Below, in pieces: positions 1-9,512 of a DNA stretch of 64,000 nt. Under the pieces are notes generated by a model, which ran no database searches, was not told the origin of the DNA, and was given only the letters and a program-made list of their open reading frames with translations. Position 1 is the stretch's first letter, and each line of letters starts with the position of its first letter. The position numbers were made by a program, and so were the translations under genes. The DNA lies in NCBI GenBank assembly GCA_945862365.1, contig CAMAXK010000003.1:45077-109076 (forward strand), read 5' to 3'. The DNA is from Chlamydia trachomatis. GTDB lineage: Bacteria; Chlamydiota; Chlamydiia; Chlamydiales; 2-12-FULL-49-11.

Positions 1-370
1 ATCTTAACCACTCAAATGAAGCATTTGCCTGCCAATCATCATGTCCATTCTCATAGCCTACGCCAAATTTAAATCCAGGCTCCATATCAAAAGCAAGATT
101 ATACATATTATAGCCGTTAGTAGGAGCCCAAGCAGTTGCATCTGTTGTAGATCCAGAGACTTGCTCATAGGCAGTCATTGTATTTGATACTCTCATTTGC
201 TCATAAATTAAGCCCACATTAAAATAAAAACCACAGTTTTCATTTAATGGCATATCAGTACATAAAGTGACCCCTTTACAACCATTTGGTTTTATATCCT
301 CTGCAGACAAAGATCCTAAAGCCACTAGCATAGCTCCAAAAATGCCTACTATTTTTTCTCTTTTTAACAT
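1..370 (-). CDS. MOMP-like cysteine-containing beta-barrel outer-membrane porin, paralogue 1 (N-terminal part only; gene runs off window start)
   Basis: Not in the ORF track because it is open at the window edge. Minus-strand translation from the ATG at 368-370 reads MLKREKIVGIFGAMLVALGSLSAEDIKPNGCKGVTLCTDMPLNENCGFYFNVGLIYEQMRVSN... This gives a signal peptide plus the KPNGCKG..LC and GLIYEQMR motifs shared with the ORFs at 460-3870. Confidence 0.8.
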   Translation of the reverse strand, partial: MLKREKIVGIFGAMLVALGSLSAEDIKPNGCKGVTLCTDMPLNENCGFYFNVGLIYEQMRVSNTMTAYEQVSGSTTDATAWAPTNGYNMYNLAFDMEPGFKFGVGYENGHDDWQANASFEWLR

Positions 371-408
371 TTTCTACCCCTCAAGGTTTTTTTTATATGT
401 AATATCCC

Positions 409-437
409 AATCTAAATAATTACATTATTAATTTCAA
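409..437 (-). promoter_or_regulatory. sigma70-type promoter candidate for porin paralogue 1
   Basis: Minus strand reads TTGAAA (432-437), 17 nt, TAGATT (409-414), about 39 nt upstream of the ATG. The 12-nt block TTGAAATTAATA (426-437) recurs upstream of the next paralogue (1553-1564). Confidence 0.45.
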
Positions 438-459
438 TCAGTATTGTGATTATTTTCGT

Positions 460-1500
460 CTAAAAGCTCCATCCTAGATCTAAAAGTAACCCGGTCATTC
501 CAAAAGAGCCATTTTCTAGAATTAGCGGGTTATTATTTTGTGACATGTTTGCTGTAGGGTATTGATTAAAGTAGTACCTTGCATCAAAACCTGCACGTAT
601 GGCAAGGTGCTGGCTGTTACGCATTAAAAACTTTCCATATTGAAGTCCTAAAACTCCACGCATTGTCGGGCAAAGTATCTGAAGCGTTGTCGTAACACTA
701 TTATCACCAGGTAAAGTTTCAACAGTAATTATTCCATTATAATAATTTAAAGTAGACTCTCCAAGAAGGATAGAAAAATCAGATAATGCAAAAATACTCC
801 AACCTGTAGATAAATGGTAATGACTATTTAACCCAATCATAGGACCAATACCCCAAAAACCAACCTTTGAAACATATAATTTAACTTGTCTTGATGTTAA
901 ACTATTTCCACCAAGAAAGTCTGTGTCTGATTTATAGTATAGCCATGTTGCTTTAAATCCTACTACAGGTTCAAGGGAGTATTTCTTTGAGATAAAAGAT
1001 CCTCTTGAAAGATAAACATCTAACAAATAGTAATCAATATCTAATGTAGGCTTTACTTTGAGGTAATCTTCTGTATCATCATCATAAGGTACCTTAAGAG
1101 CCGATGTACCCTGAACTTCTTGGTTTAATGCCGCCGTCGACTCTAACCACTCAAACGACGAATTTACCTGCCAATTATCATGCCCATGCTCATACCCTAA
1201 CTCAAACTTAAATCCAGGGTCCATCTGAAAAGGAAAATTATACATAGTATACATGTTTGTAGGGTCCGATACACCTCCTCCTGAGGTAGGTCCAAGCACT
1301 TTTTTATAGGCAGACATTGTATTTGACACTCTCATCTGCTGATAAATCAGTCCTACATTAAAATAAAAGCCATAGTTTTTATTCAATGGCATATCGGTAC
1401 TTAAAGTGATCCCATTACAACCATTTGGTTTTACATCCCCTGCAGACAAATAATTGAAAGCTACTAATATAACCCCAAAAGCAACCGCTTTTTTAAACAT
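460..1500 (-). CDS. MOMP-like beta-barrel outer-membrane porin, paralogue 2
   Basis: 346 aa. Signal peptide (MFKKAVAFGVILVAFNYLSAG), VKPNGCNG motif, GLIYQQMRVSN, WGIGPMIGLN, and C-terminal LLLDLGWSF. A terminal Phe is typical of BAM-assembled barrels. Confidence 0.8.
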   Translation of the reverse strand: MFKKAVAFGVILVAFNYLSAGDVKPNGCNGITLSTDMPLNKNYGFYFNVGLIYQQMRVSNTMSAYKKVLGPTSGGGVSDPTNMYTMYNFPFQMDPGFKFELGYEHGHDNWQVNSSFEWLESTAALNQEVQGTSALKVPYDDDTEDYLKVKPTLDIDYYLLDVYLSRGSFISKKYSLEPVVGFKATWLYYKSDTDFLGGNSLTSRQVKLYVSKVGFWGIGPMIGLNSHYHLSTGWSIFALSDFSILLGESTLNYYNGIITVETLPGDNSVTTTLQILCPTMRGVLGLQYGKFLMRNSQHLAIRAGFDARYYFNQYPTANMSQNNNPLILENGSFGMTGLLLDLGWSF

Positions 1501-1535
1501 TTTTATCCCTTAAAGTCTTTAATTTTTAGCATGAA

Positions 1536-1564
1536 AATTTAAAGAATAAGAATATTAATTTCAA
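1536..1564 (-). promoter_or_regulatory. sigma70-type promoter candidate for porin paralogue 2
   Basis: Minus strand reads TTGAAA (1559-1564), 17 nt, TAAATT (1536-1541), 36 nt upstream of the ATG at 1500. It shares the TTGAAATTAATA block with 426-437. Confidence 0.45.
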
Positions 1565-1570
1565 TAAATA

Positions 1571-1606
1571 AAAAAAGACCGGTAATTTTTTACCAGTCTT
1601 TTTTGT
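1571..1606 (-). terminator. Rho-independent terminator (bidirectional shape) after porin paralogue 3
   Basis: AGACCGGTAA (1576-1585), TTTT loop, TTACCAGTCT (1590-1599). One mismatch. A-run on one side and T-run on the other. Confidence 0.6.
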
Positions 1607-1629
1607 AACATGTTACATCTTCTTTAAGT

Positions 1630-2724
1630 TTAGAAACTCCAACCTAGATCTAACAGTAACCCAATCATTGAAAAAGAGTTATTGTTTATAATTGATGTCA
1701 TGGTTTGGAAATTACCTATATTAAAATTTGTAGTGTTAGAGGTTGGATCATATGATTGTGACATATAGGCCAGAGGGTATTGATTAAAATAGACCCTTGC
1801 ATCAAAGCCTGCTCGTAATACAAGATGCTGACTTTCGCACATTACACATCTTTCATACTGAATTCCTACCACCCCACGCATAGTCGGTGAAGCAACTATA
1901 CTTGTTGTCTCAACCACATTGTTACCTGGTAATGGCTCTGTCGTTACTATACCCTCATAGTAATTTAAAGCAGACTCTCCAAAAAGGATGGAAAAATCAG
2001 ACAATGCAAAAATACTCCATCCTGCATACAAATGATAATTACCATTTAATCCTATCATAGGACCAATGCCCCAAAAATCATCATCTAAAACATGTAATTG
2101 TTGCTGAGAAGTAGTAATAAGATCTGGTGAATTTGTAAAACTTTCCCTTGTATCATAATATATCCAAGAGGCTTTAAATCCTGCAAAAGGTTCTAATGAA
2201 TATTTTTGTGAAATATAGGACCCTCTAGAAAGGTAAACATCTAATAAAAAATAATCAACATCTAGTGTACTAGTAAGCGCACTATATTTACGATACACAC
2301 CTGTAAATTGTGAATAAAGGTAACTAGGTTCTAAAACCTCCTTATTTAATGATGCACTTGATCTTAACCACTCAAAGGAGGCATTTACCTGCCAATCATC
2401 ATGTCCAGGTTCATAACCTACTCCAAATTTAAACCCAGGCTCCATATTGAAATTAAGGTTTAATATATTAAATAGAAAATCTGGTGATGCAGAGGTTCCT
2501 ACCGGTGATTGGGTTCGTTCATACCCACCAATTGCATTGGAGATTCTCATCTGCTCATAGATCAAGCCTACATTAAAATAAAAGCCGCAACTTTCTTCTA
2601 AGGGTAGATCTGTACATAAACTAGGTCCCTTACATCCATTTGGTTTTATATCATCTGCAGACAAAGATCCTAAAGCTACTAACATCGCTCCGAAAATGCC
2701 TATTATTTTTTCTCTTTTTATCAT
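1630..2724 (-). CDS. MOMP-like beta-barrel outer-membrane porin, paralogue 3
   Basis: 364 aa. Signal peptide, IKPNGCKGPSLC, GLIYEQMRISN, ends LLLDLGWSF. Only 21 nt separate it from the upstream paralogue, so it is probably co-transcribed. Confidence 0.8.
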   Translation of the reverse strand: MIKREKIIGIFGAMLVALGSLSADDIKPNGCKGPSLCTDLPLEESCGFYFNVGLIYEQMRISNAIGGYERTQSPVGTSASPDFLFNILNLNFNMEPGFKFGVGYEPGHDDWQVNASFEWLRSSASLNKEVLEPSYLYSQFTGVYRKYSALTSTLDVDYFLLDVYLSRGSYISQKYSLEPFAGFKASWIYYDTRESFTNSPDLITTSQQQLHVLDDDFWGIGPMIGLNGNYHLYAGWSIFALSDFSILFGESALNYYEGIVTTEPLPGNNVVETTSIVASPTMRGVVGIQYERCVMCESQHLVLRAGFDARVYFNQYPLAYMSQSYDPTSNTTNFNIGNFQTMTSIINNNSFSMIGLLLDLGWSF

Positions 2725-2745
2725 AACGTTTCCTTGTTAAATTAA

Positions 2746-3870
2746 CTAAAAATCCCAGCCTACCATAAATATAAACCCGATCATTCCAAATGATCCATTA
2801 TCAATGATTTGCGCTCCATAAATAAGCTCTTCGTTTGTAGTACTTAATAAAGCTGATGCAGGTCTATCTACAATTGGGTATTGATTAAAGTAATACCTGC
2901 CATCAAATCCCGCTTTTATAGTAAAATGTTGTGTTTGCTCATAAGCGTCGCTTTCGTATTGAAGACCTAACACAGCTCTTGTTGTAGGACAAAGGACAAA
3001 ATTTGCATCATTTACCCTAAAATTTGTTGGGGTTGCTTGTGTAGTAACAAACCCTGTACTATTTGTCACCCTTGACTCTCCAAGTAATACAGAAAAATCC
3101 CCCATAGAAAAAAGACTCCAATTTTGGTTTAAGTAGTAATTTCCATTAAGTCCAATCATAGGGCCTGTTCCCCAAAAAGTGGTGTCTGCTGTTCTTAGCC
3201 AGCTTGTATTTGTAGGCACATGTAACGCTCCATCATTTAAATACCTTTCTTTTGAGTGATAGTAAACCCAAGAGGATTTAAGGCCTGCAAAGGGTTCATA
3301 GCTAAAATGACCCGAAAAATATGAACCTCTTGCAAGAAAAATATCTAGCAAAAAGTATTGAATCTCTAATGTAGTGTCGAGTTCAAGAAACTCTGTAGAA
3401 TGGGTAGTTTCATAATAAACATGAGGAATATGAGTGGGCCTTACTGTCTCAACATGCCTACCACCACTTTTAAATCCTAATACCCCCCTAGACCAGAGCC
3501 ACTCAAAAGCTCCTTTTAACACCCAATCATCTGCATCAAAATAATACCCTACTGAAACCCTTAACCCAGCATCCACATTAAACCCAGGTCGCAACATATT
3601 TACTGATGTATAAGGATTTTCCTCGGTGGAGGGTGTTGGTCCATATTGAATAACATAAGCAACATCTGTATTAGAAACTCTCATCTGCTGAACAAGGAGC
3701 CCTGCCTCTAAATACCCACCACTACCCTCGATAATAGGATAGCTTGTACATAAGCTGGGCCCCTTACAACCATTTGGTTTGACACAATCAGTATACAAAG
3801 GGGCAAGAAAAAGAAGCAGCAACCCTGCTAACTCACCTATTTTCTTTTGAAACATTTTATTCAACCTCAA
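2746..3870 (-). CDS. MOMP-like beta-barrel outer-membrane porin, paralogue 4
   Basis: 374 aa. Signal peptide, VKPNGCKGPSLC, GLLVQQMRVSN, WGTGPMIGLNGNY, ends FIFMVGWDF. Confidence 0.8.
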   Translation of the reverse strand: MRLNKMFQKKIGELAGLLLLFLAPLYTDCVKPNGCKGPSLCTSYPIIEGSGGYLEAGLLVQQMRVSNTDVAYVIQYGPTPSTEENPYTSVNMLRPGFNVDAGLRVSVGYYFDADDWVLKGAFEWLWSRGVLGFKSGGRHVETVRPTHIPHVYYETTHSTEFLELDTTLEIQYFLLDIFLARGSYFSGHFSYEPFAGLKSSWVYYHSKERYLNDGALHVPTNTSWLRTADTTFWGTGPMIGLNGNYYLNQNWSLFSMGDFSVLLGESRVTNSTGFVTTQATPTNFRVNDANFVLCPTTRAVLGLQYESDAYEQTQHFTIKAGFDGRYYFNQYPIVDRPASALLSTTNEELIYGAQIIDNGSFGMIGFIFMVGWDF

Positions 3871-3962
3871 TCAGATTGTATTGCTAATTAATCTTCTAAT
3901 AATTGAATAATTATTAATTAGCAATTATTATCTTTAATAAATCTTAATTATCTAATCAAGGG

Positions 3963-4003
3963 AATAAAAAGCCCCCCTTTTGTTAAAGGAGGGCTTTTTA
4001 TTT
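3963..4003 (-). terminator. Rho-independent terminator after porin paralogue 5
   Basis: AGCCCCCCTT (3970-3979), 6-nt loop, AAGGAGGGCT (3986-3995). One mismatch, flanked by A-run and T-run. Confidence 0.6.
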
Positions 4004-4019
4004 AGGCTTTTAGTGTTTT

Positions 4020-5144
4020 TTAGAAATCCCACTCGAAGTCACAATACAATCCACTCATGAATATATCATTTGAGGTTACTGATGTGACCATTGCATTGTT
4101 TGTTGAAGCTGTTGACATCATTGATGAAACAATAGAAGTTGTTAAAACCGCTCTTGCATCATAACCTAGTTTAATTGCTACATAATGTGCATCTTCTAAA
4201 CAATAGCTGTCTAATTTAATACCAATGATAGATCGTAATGGTACGAAATATTGACAGTTGTTTTGTGTGTTATTACTAATTGCCTGAGTTGTAGTAATAT
4301 CGCCAGCTGCTGATAAGCTTGAAACATAGTTATTTTCTGACTGACCATACAAGATGCCGATATCAGACATTGAGAACAATGAAAGACCATGAGTGATATG
4401 GTATTCACCATTAAAGCCAAACACAGGACCAACTCCCCAGTTGTTTTGTGATTGGTTTAGCGTTGGTGTATTTCCAGCTGTTAATTCAGTTGAGTTAAAA
4501 TAACTTATCACCTGACTATCATTATACCAAAGAGCCTTTACACCCATAAATGGTTCGTAGGAAAAACACTTTGAGTGATAACTTCCTCTACTTAAAATTA
4601 CATCCAATGCATAAATAGAAATCTCTGCAGAATAATTGATCTCTTGGAAATAGTTTGTGTTATTATCCCAGGTTGTTCCTGCCATCACATCATAGTTAAA
4701 ATTGGCATTTGGTCCATAAGAAGTGTTAGGATCATCATACTCACCTGAGTAATTAGAATTCATCCAATCAAATCTTGCAAGAACAAACCAATCATCATGT
4801 TTAATTAAATGACCAAGTGATACAGTAAGCCCTAAAGAGTAATCAAAACATTGTTGCAGGTTTATGATTGTTTGATTCCTAAAGGTTGCAACTGTTGTAC
4901 CCTCATCAAATAAAGGGCTATAAGCAGTACCGGCATTCATCCCAGAAAATCCTGGCTGCTGATAAAGTAGACCAACGTCTACATGCCATGTATATCCACA
5001 ATCCTCGATATTACCGATGATTGGGAAGGTTGGGCAGAGAACAGCTCCTTTGCATCCATTTGGTTTAACACTATCTGCAGTCACTGAATTAAATGCTACT
5101 AACATAACACTTAACAGCGCTGCAATTTTTTTTCCATTTAACAT
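4020..5144 (-). CDS. MOMP-like beta-barrel outer-membrane porin, paralogue 5 (subfamily B)
   Basis: 374 aa. Signal peptide, SVKPNGCKGAVLCPTFPI, WHVDVGLLYQQPGFSGM, WGVGPVFGFNGEYH, ends LYCDFEWDF. Confidence 0.8.
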   Translation of the reverse strand: MLNGKKIAALLSVMLVAFNSVTADSVKPNGCKGAVLCPTFPIIGNIEDCGYTWHVDVGLLYQQPGFSGMNAGTAYSPLFDEGTTVATFRNQTIINLQQCFDYSLGLTVSLGHLIKHDDWFVLARFDWMNSNYSGEYDDPNTSYGPNANFNYDVMAGTTWDNNTNYFQEINYSAEISIYALDVILSRGSYHSKCFSYEPFMGVKALWYNDSQVISYFNSTELTAGNTPTLNQSQNNWGVGPVFGFNGEYHITHGLSLFSMSDIGILYGQSENNYVSSLSAAGDITTTQAISNNTQNNCQYFVPLRSIIGIKLDSYCLEDAHYVAIKLGYDARAVLTTSIVSSMMSTASTNNAMVTSVTSNDIFMSGLYCDFEWDF

Positions 5145-5269
5145 TTTTTACCTCTCGTGGGTGTTGTTTAAAAAAATTTATTTGCTCTTAGTCGTCCAAT
5201 ACCAATATAACATATAATTAACAAGTGTTTTCTTTAAATTAATTAAAATTTCCGAAAATTATAATAAAA

Positions 5270-5298
5270 TAAAAAAAGCCACCCTGGTAAAGGTGGTT
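5270..5298 (-). terminator. Rho-independent terminator after porin paralogue 6
   Basis: Minus strand reads CCACC-TTTACCAG-GGTGG followed by CTTTTTTT (complement of the A-run at 5271-5277). Confidence 0.55.
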
Positions 5299-5403
5299 AG
5301 AAATAAGACTATCTCACAAACAAAAAAACCTCTTTATCTATCTGCGTACCAGTGGCACATCATCAAGACAAGGAGGTTTTTTTAACCAACAGATTAACTG
5401 TTT

Positions 5404-6558
5404 TTAGAAATTCCACTCAAAATTAACATAAAGACCGCTCATAAACAGGTCACTAGGCACTGGTGTTGATACAGTCGCTGCTGCTCCTACAGATGATCCA
5501 ACAACTCCATTAGTTGATAAAAGAAGCGGGCTTGATAAGACAATTCTAGCATCATAACCTAATTTTACAGCTATAAAATGAGCATCATTTAAACAGTACT
5601 GAGAAAGTTTAACACCTATAATAGATCTTACAGGAAGATAAAACTGACATCCATTTGACGATATATTATTGTTTATAGTCTGAACGTAATCTATAACTGA
5701 CCCATCTGGTGTTAGGTTAGAAACATACGAATTTGTAGAAGATCCACAAATAACCCCAACATCACTATCTGAGAAGAAGGAGAGTCCGTGTGTTAGGTGA
5801 TATTCACCTTGAAATCCAAACATTGGTCCTGCTCCCCAATTGTCTAGTGACACAGTTAAGCTTGGTAAGTTTTGACGTGTTAAACCACCCTCTGTGCTAT
5901 AATAATCCATAATTTGATTACTACTATACCAAAGAGCTTTTACCCCCACATAAGGTTCAAGTGAGTAACAGCTAGAATGGAAACTTCCTCTAGTTAATAC
6001 AACATCTAATGCATAAATGTCTAACTTTGCTGCATAATCAATACTTGAGAATGAATTTGTATCTGGGTCCCAGCTTGTACCCGTCATCACATCAAAATTA
6101 AAGTGTGGGTTAGGGGCATAATGATCATTCTGACCGCTGTGATTTATAGATGTATTTGCACTCAACCAATCAAATTTTGCAAGTAGGAACCAATCGTCGT
6201 GTGGCATTAAATAACCCAATGAAACCGTAAGACCTAGGGTATAAGGAAAACACTCGTTCAATGTGGTAATTGTTTGTTCCTCAAAAGTTGCAGCTGATGT
6301 ATTTTCAAAAACACCTAAATAGTTTATCCCTGAAGTCATTCCAGAAAAACCAGGTTGTTGATAAAGTAGACCAACATCTACATGCCACGTATGGCAGCAA
6401 GGTCCTTTGTCATCTAATATAGAAAATGTTGGACATAATACAGGTCCTTTACATCCATTTGGTTTAACGCTCACCATTTTGTCTTCGGCTCCAAAAAGTG
6501 TACTAGCGTTGCATAATACCACAGCCAATAACGCTCCTGCCGTTTTATTTAATTTCAT
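5404..6558 (-). CDS. MOMP-like beta-barrel outer-membrane porin, paralogue 6 (subfamily B)
   Basis: 384 aa. Signal peptide, SVKPNGCKGPVLCPTFSI, WHVDVGLLYQQPGFSGM, ends LYVNFEWNF. Closest to 4020-5144. Confidence 0.8.
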   Translation of the reverse strand: MKLNKTAGALLAVVLCNASTLFGAEDKMVSVKPNGCKGPVLCPTFSILDDKGPCCHTWHVDVGLLYQQPGFSGMTSGINYLGVFENTSAATFEEQTITTLNECFPYTLGLTVSLGYLMPHDDWFLLAKFDWLSANTSINHSGQNDHYAPNPHFNFDVMTGTSWDPDTNSFSSIDYAAKLDIYALDVVLTRGSFHSSCYSLEPYVGVKALWYSSNQIMDYYSTEGGLTRQNLPSLTVSLDNWGAGPMFGFQGEYHLTHGLSFFSDSDVGVICGSSTNSYVSNLTPDGSVIDYVQTINNNISSNGCQFYLPVRSIIGVKLSQYCLNDAHFIAVKLGYDARIVLSSPLLLSTNGVVGSSVGAAATVSTPVPSDLFMSGLYVNFEWNF

Positions 6559-6634
6559 TCTAGCCCCCTTCAGAGTAGTTTTTTGTAAAAGTATCGTTTA
6601 TACAGGAAAATATTTATTGTTTCAATAGTTTTTT

Positions 6635-7573
6635 TTATTTACGTTGACTTTGTCTTGCTTTTAACAGCACATTCAACCCCCCGTAGAGGGCTGCCTTGTC
6701 TGTTTTTATTAGGTAAATTGGCATCTCTTTTAATAAAGCATGAAATCTTCCTTTGTCGCAAAATCCTTGTAAAAACTCCTCTCTTTGCATAAGTAGTGGG
6801 TTTTTCTGGCAAACACCTCCATAGAGATAGACTCCGCCAAAAGAAAGTGTTTTAAGGGCTAAGTTTCCCGCCTCTTTTCCAAGGGTTTGTAAAAAAAACG
6901 CAATAGTTTGCTCGCTTTCAACGCTCCCTCCCCTGCCTATTTCTTCGGCTGTAACATCTCTGTTTTCGGCAAAAAACTCATACACGTTCAAAAGACCCTC
7001 TCCGGATAAAACCCTTTCGTAGGAAACATGATCATATCGTTTCTTCATAAACTGTAAAAAGGCAATCTCTTCATCTGTGTTTGGGGCAAAGTCAGTGTGC
7101 CCTCCCTCTGATGGTAAAACCCTCTCTCCATCTACAATTACCTCCCCAAGTCCTGTACCCACCGAAATAACCGTTTTAACCTTAGAGGCAGTGCCCCCTC
7201 CTTTCTGCAGGGTCAATAAATCTTCTTTTTTTAACAGTGGTAAGCTGTGGCCAATTAATTCTATATCGTTGATTAAAACAACCTTTGAAAAAGAGAGTTT
7301 TTTTTCAATGTGGTCTGCATCAACGACCCAAGAAAGATTTGTAGGAAGACATTTTCGATCTTTTACGGCTCCTGCAATGGCAATAACTGCCAGAAAAACC
7401 TCTTTTTCCCCTTCTAAAAATACAGATAAAAGCCCTTCTATCGAATTATATTTTAAAGAAGAGTATTCTTTTTGTTTAATAATAACCGCTTCATTATTTT
7501 CATATCTTGCTAAAAATAAAAGCACTTTAGTAGCGCCTACATCTGCTATGATAAATTTTTCCCCTTTTTCCAT
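6635..7573 (-). CDS. glk: glucokinase
   Basis: 312 aa. N-terminal IIADVGATKV actin-fold ATPase phosphate-1 motif. GGVYLYGGV near the C-terminus is typical of the Glk family. Confidence 0.8.
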   Translation of the reverse strand: MEKGEKFIIADVGATKVLLFLARYENNEAVIIKQKEYSSLKYNSIEGLLSVFLEGEKEVFLAVIAIAGAVKDRKCLPTNLSWVVDADHIEKKLSFSKVVLINDIELIGHSLPLLKKEDLLTLQKGGGTASKVKTVISVGTGLGEVIVDGERVLPSEGGHTDFAPNTDEEIAFLQFMKKRYDHVSYERVLSGEGLLNVYEFFAENRDVTAEEIGRGGSVESEQTIAFFLQTLGKEAGNLALKTLSFGGVYLYGGVCQKNPLLMQREEFLQGFCDKGRFHALLKEMPIYLIKTDKAALYGGLNVLLKARQSQRK

Positions 7574-7651
7574 ATCTAAAAAAAAGCCTTTTTTTTTGTT
7601 TTATTCTTCATTATAGTTCTTTTGATTAAATTTTCACAAAAAGGATTGATC

Positions 7652-8686
7652 ATGAAGGATAATAACAACGAGGAAAAAAAGAAAGCCTTAGAGCTTGCCA
7701 TCTCTCATATTGAGAAACAGTTTGGGGCGGGTTCTATCATGTCTCTTGGAAAAAAAGGGGTCGCAAATAATGTTTCTGTCATCTCTACGGGCGCATTAAC
7801 ACTGGATCTTGCTTTAGGTATTGGTGGGGTGCCGCGCGGCCGTGTGGTAGAGATTTTTGGCCCAGAGTCATCAGGGAAGTCCACTCTTGCTACTCACATT
7901 GTAGCCAACTGCCAAAAAAATGGGGGTATTGCAGCTTACATTGACGCAGAACATGCTTTAGATCTTTCTTACGCAAAACGAATTGGTGTAAACACCGACG
8001 ATTTGCTCATCTCTCAGCCAGATAGTGGGGAAGATGCGTTGAACATTGCAGAAACTCTTGCACGTTCAGGGGCTGTAGATGTAATCATTGTTGACTCTGT
8101 TGCAGCCTTGGTGCCTAAAAATGAGCTTGCTGGAGAAATTGGGGACTCCCATGTAGGTCTTCAAGCAAGGCTTATGTCTCAGGCGTTAAGAAAGCTTACA
8201 TCAACCCTTGCTAAATCAAACACTTGTGCCGTTTTTATCAACCAAATAAGGGAAAAAATTGGAGTAATGTTTGGCAATCCAGAGACAACAACTGGAGGAC
8301 GTGCCTTAAAGTTTTATTCCTCAATTCGTTTAGACATCAGAAGAACTGCAACTATTGCAGGTCCTGATAATATAGATCAGGGGATTCATGTGAAGGTGAA
8401 GGTTGTGAAAAACAAAATGGCTGCTCCATTTCGTGTAGCTGAGTTTGATATCATGTTCAATGAGGGGATTTCAAGAACAGGAGCACTGGTTGATCTTGGT
8501 ATTGAAGGGGGTCAAATCGAGAAAAAAGGGCCGTGGCTTGCTTTTAATGGTAAAAAGTTTCAAGGAAGGGAGTCTGCTAAAAAAGAACTGTCAGAAGACC
8601 CTGTTCTTTTAGAGGAACTAGAGGCTTTGATCACAAAAGCGCATGCTGAGAAGTTTGGTATATCTCTTTCTGGAAAAGAAAACTAA
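7652..8686 (+). CDS. recA: recombinase RecA
   Basis: Walker [10 protein letters not shown], plus [14 protein letters not shown] and other RecA blocks. I place the start at ATG 7652 (AAAGGA 6 nt upstream) rather than the TTG at 7622 in the track. Confidence 0.95.
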   Translation: MKDNNNEEKKKALELAISHIEKQFGAGSIMSLGKKGVANNVSVISTGALTLDLALGIGGVPRGRVVEIFGPESSGKSTLATHIVANCQKNGGIAAYIDAEHALDLSYAKRIGVNTDDLLISQPDSGEDALNIAETLARSGAVDVIIVDSVAALVPKNELAGEIGDSHVGLQARLMSQALRKLTSTLAKSNTCAVFINQIREKIGVMFGNPETTTGGRALKFYSSIRLDIRRTATIAGPDNIDQGIHVKVKVVKNKMAAPFRVAEFDIMFNEGISRTGALVDLGIEGGQIEKKGPWLAFNGKKFQGRESAKKELSEDPVLLEELEALITKAHAEKFGISLSGKEN

Positions 8687-9512
8687 TCATTTCAGTAAAG
8701 GGTTTACTGTCTAAATCTAGTGCATCGAGGGCTTTGAAAAAACCCTCGATTTCATTTTCACACCGTTTTATGGAAATTTTTTCTCCAAAGTGACGGCAAA
8801 AGCTTACCTCTTCCTTCTCCATGTCTTCTAGGTCGTCTCTTATTTGAAATGCAAAACCCAAATGCCTGGATAGTTTTTCAATAAGGTGAAGTTTACCCAA
8901 GTCCCCTCCCCCAAAAATATAACCTAGTGTAAAAGCCCCTTGAAAAAGCGTTCCAGTTTTTAAGTAGTATAAGTTCTCAAAATATTCCTCAGAAACAGCC
9001 TTTATCCCCTCTATGTCGAGGTATTGACCCAGGGTTGCCCCCTTGGGTCCAGAAAGTTTTGTCGTCTCCTCTAGGGCAATTCTAACGCGTTTATCTGATT
9101 CAGAAGATGAGCCGTATCCTTTTTGATAATAAAGCTCTCCACTTTTACTAATTTGAAAAAATCCTTCTGTTAAAAGTGCATAACTTGTTAACAAAGCTGT
9201 GCTTTCGTTGTACGCTTTATGTAGTGAAGCTTTTCCTCTTCGCTCATCATCATCATCCATGCAGGGTAAATCATCTGCAATAAGTGAGGCTGTATGAAAT
9301 AACTCGATTGCTAGTGCGCTTTTTGAAACATCAAAACCTTTTCCGATAGATTTTGACATCAAAAGTACAAGTAGTGGGCGAAGTCTTTTTCCTTTAGAAG
9401 AAAGAGAATAGTTCATTGATTGGGCAAGAGGGCTTGCCTTCAAACCCTCAACATATTCATTAATTTCTCTTTCGATCGTTTTTTGTAGTCTAAGCAGTGC
9501 TGCAGGTCCCAT
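8631..9512 (-). CDS. polyprenyl (farnesyl/geranylgeranyl) diphosphate synthase
   Basis: 293 aa. First Asp-rich motif [17 protein letters not shown] and second motif FQIRDDLED. Confidence 0.85.
   Translation of the reverse strand: MGPAALLRLQKTIEREINEYVEGLKASPLAQSMNYSLSSKGKRLRPLLVLLMSKSIGKGFDVSKSALAIELFHTASLIADDLPCMDDDDERRGKASLHKAYNESTALLTSYALLTEGFFQISKSGELYYQKGYGSSSESDKRVRIALEETTKLSGPKGATLGQYLDIEGIKAVSEEYFENLYYLKTGTLFQGAFTLGYIFGGGDLGKLHLIEKLSRHLGFAFQIRDDLEDMEKEEVSFCRHFGEKISIKRCENEIEGFFKALDALDLDSKPFTEMISFLFQKEIYQTSQHALL

Noticed and set aside
5322-5383. A7CCTC ... GAGGT7 long-range complementarity, considered as a second terminator after porin 6
   Set aside because: Only 4 G/C pairs plus A/U pairs enclose a ~40-nt loop, which is too weak to call. 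The hairpin at 5270-5298 is a sufficient terminator.
7077-7616. 179-aa plus-strand ORF
   Set aside because: It lies entirely antisense to the well-supported glucokinase gene, has Ser/Pro/Thr-rich low-complexity content typical of shadow frames, and has no RBS.
7622-7651. Alternative-start 5' extensions in the ORF track (recA 7622, pGP6-like 14119, 16779, 26182, ahpC 30961, argS 57013, sppA 48350)
   Set aside because: Each extension begins at a TTG or GTG with no RBS. In each case an in-frame ATG with a Shine-Dalgarno-like sequence lies downstream and gives a canonical N-terminus. The ahpC extension would overlap the tRNA.
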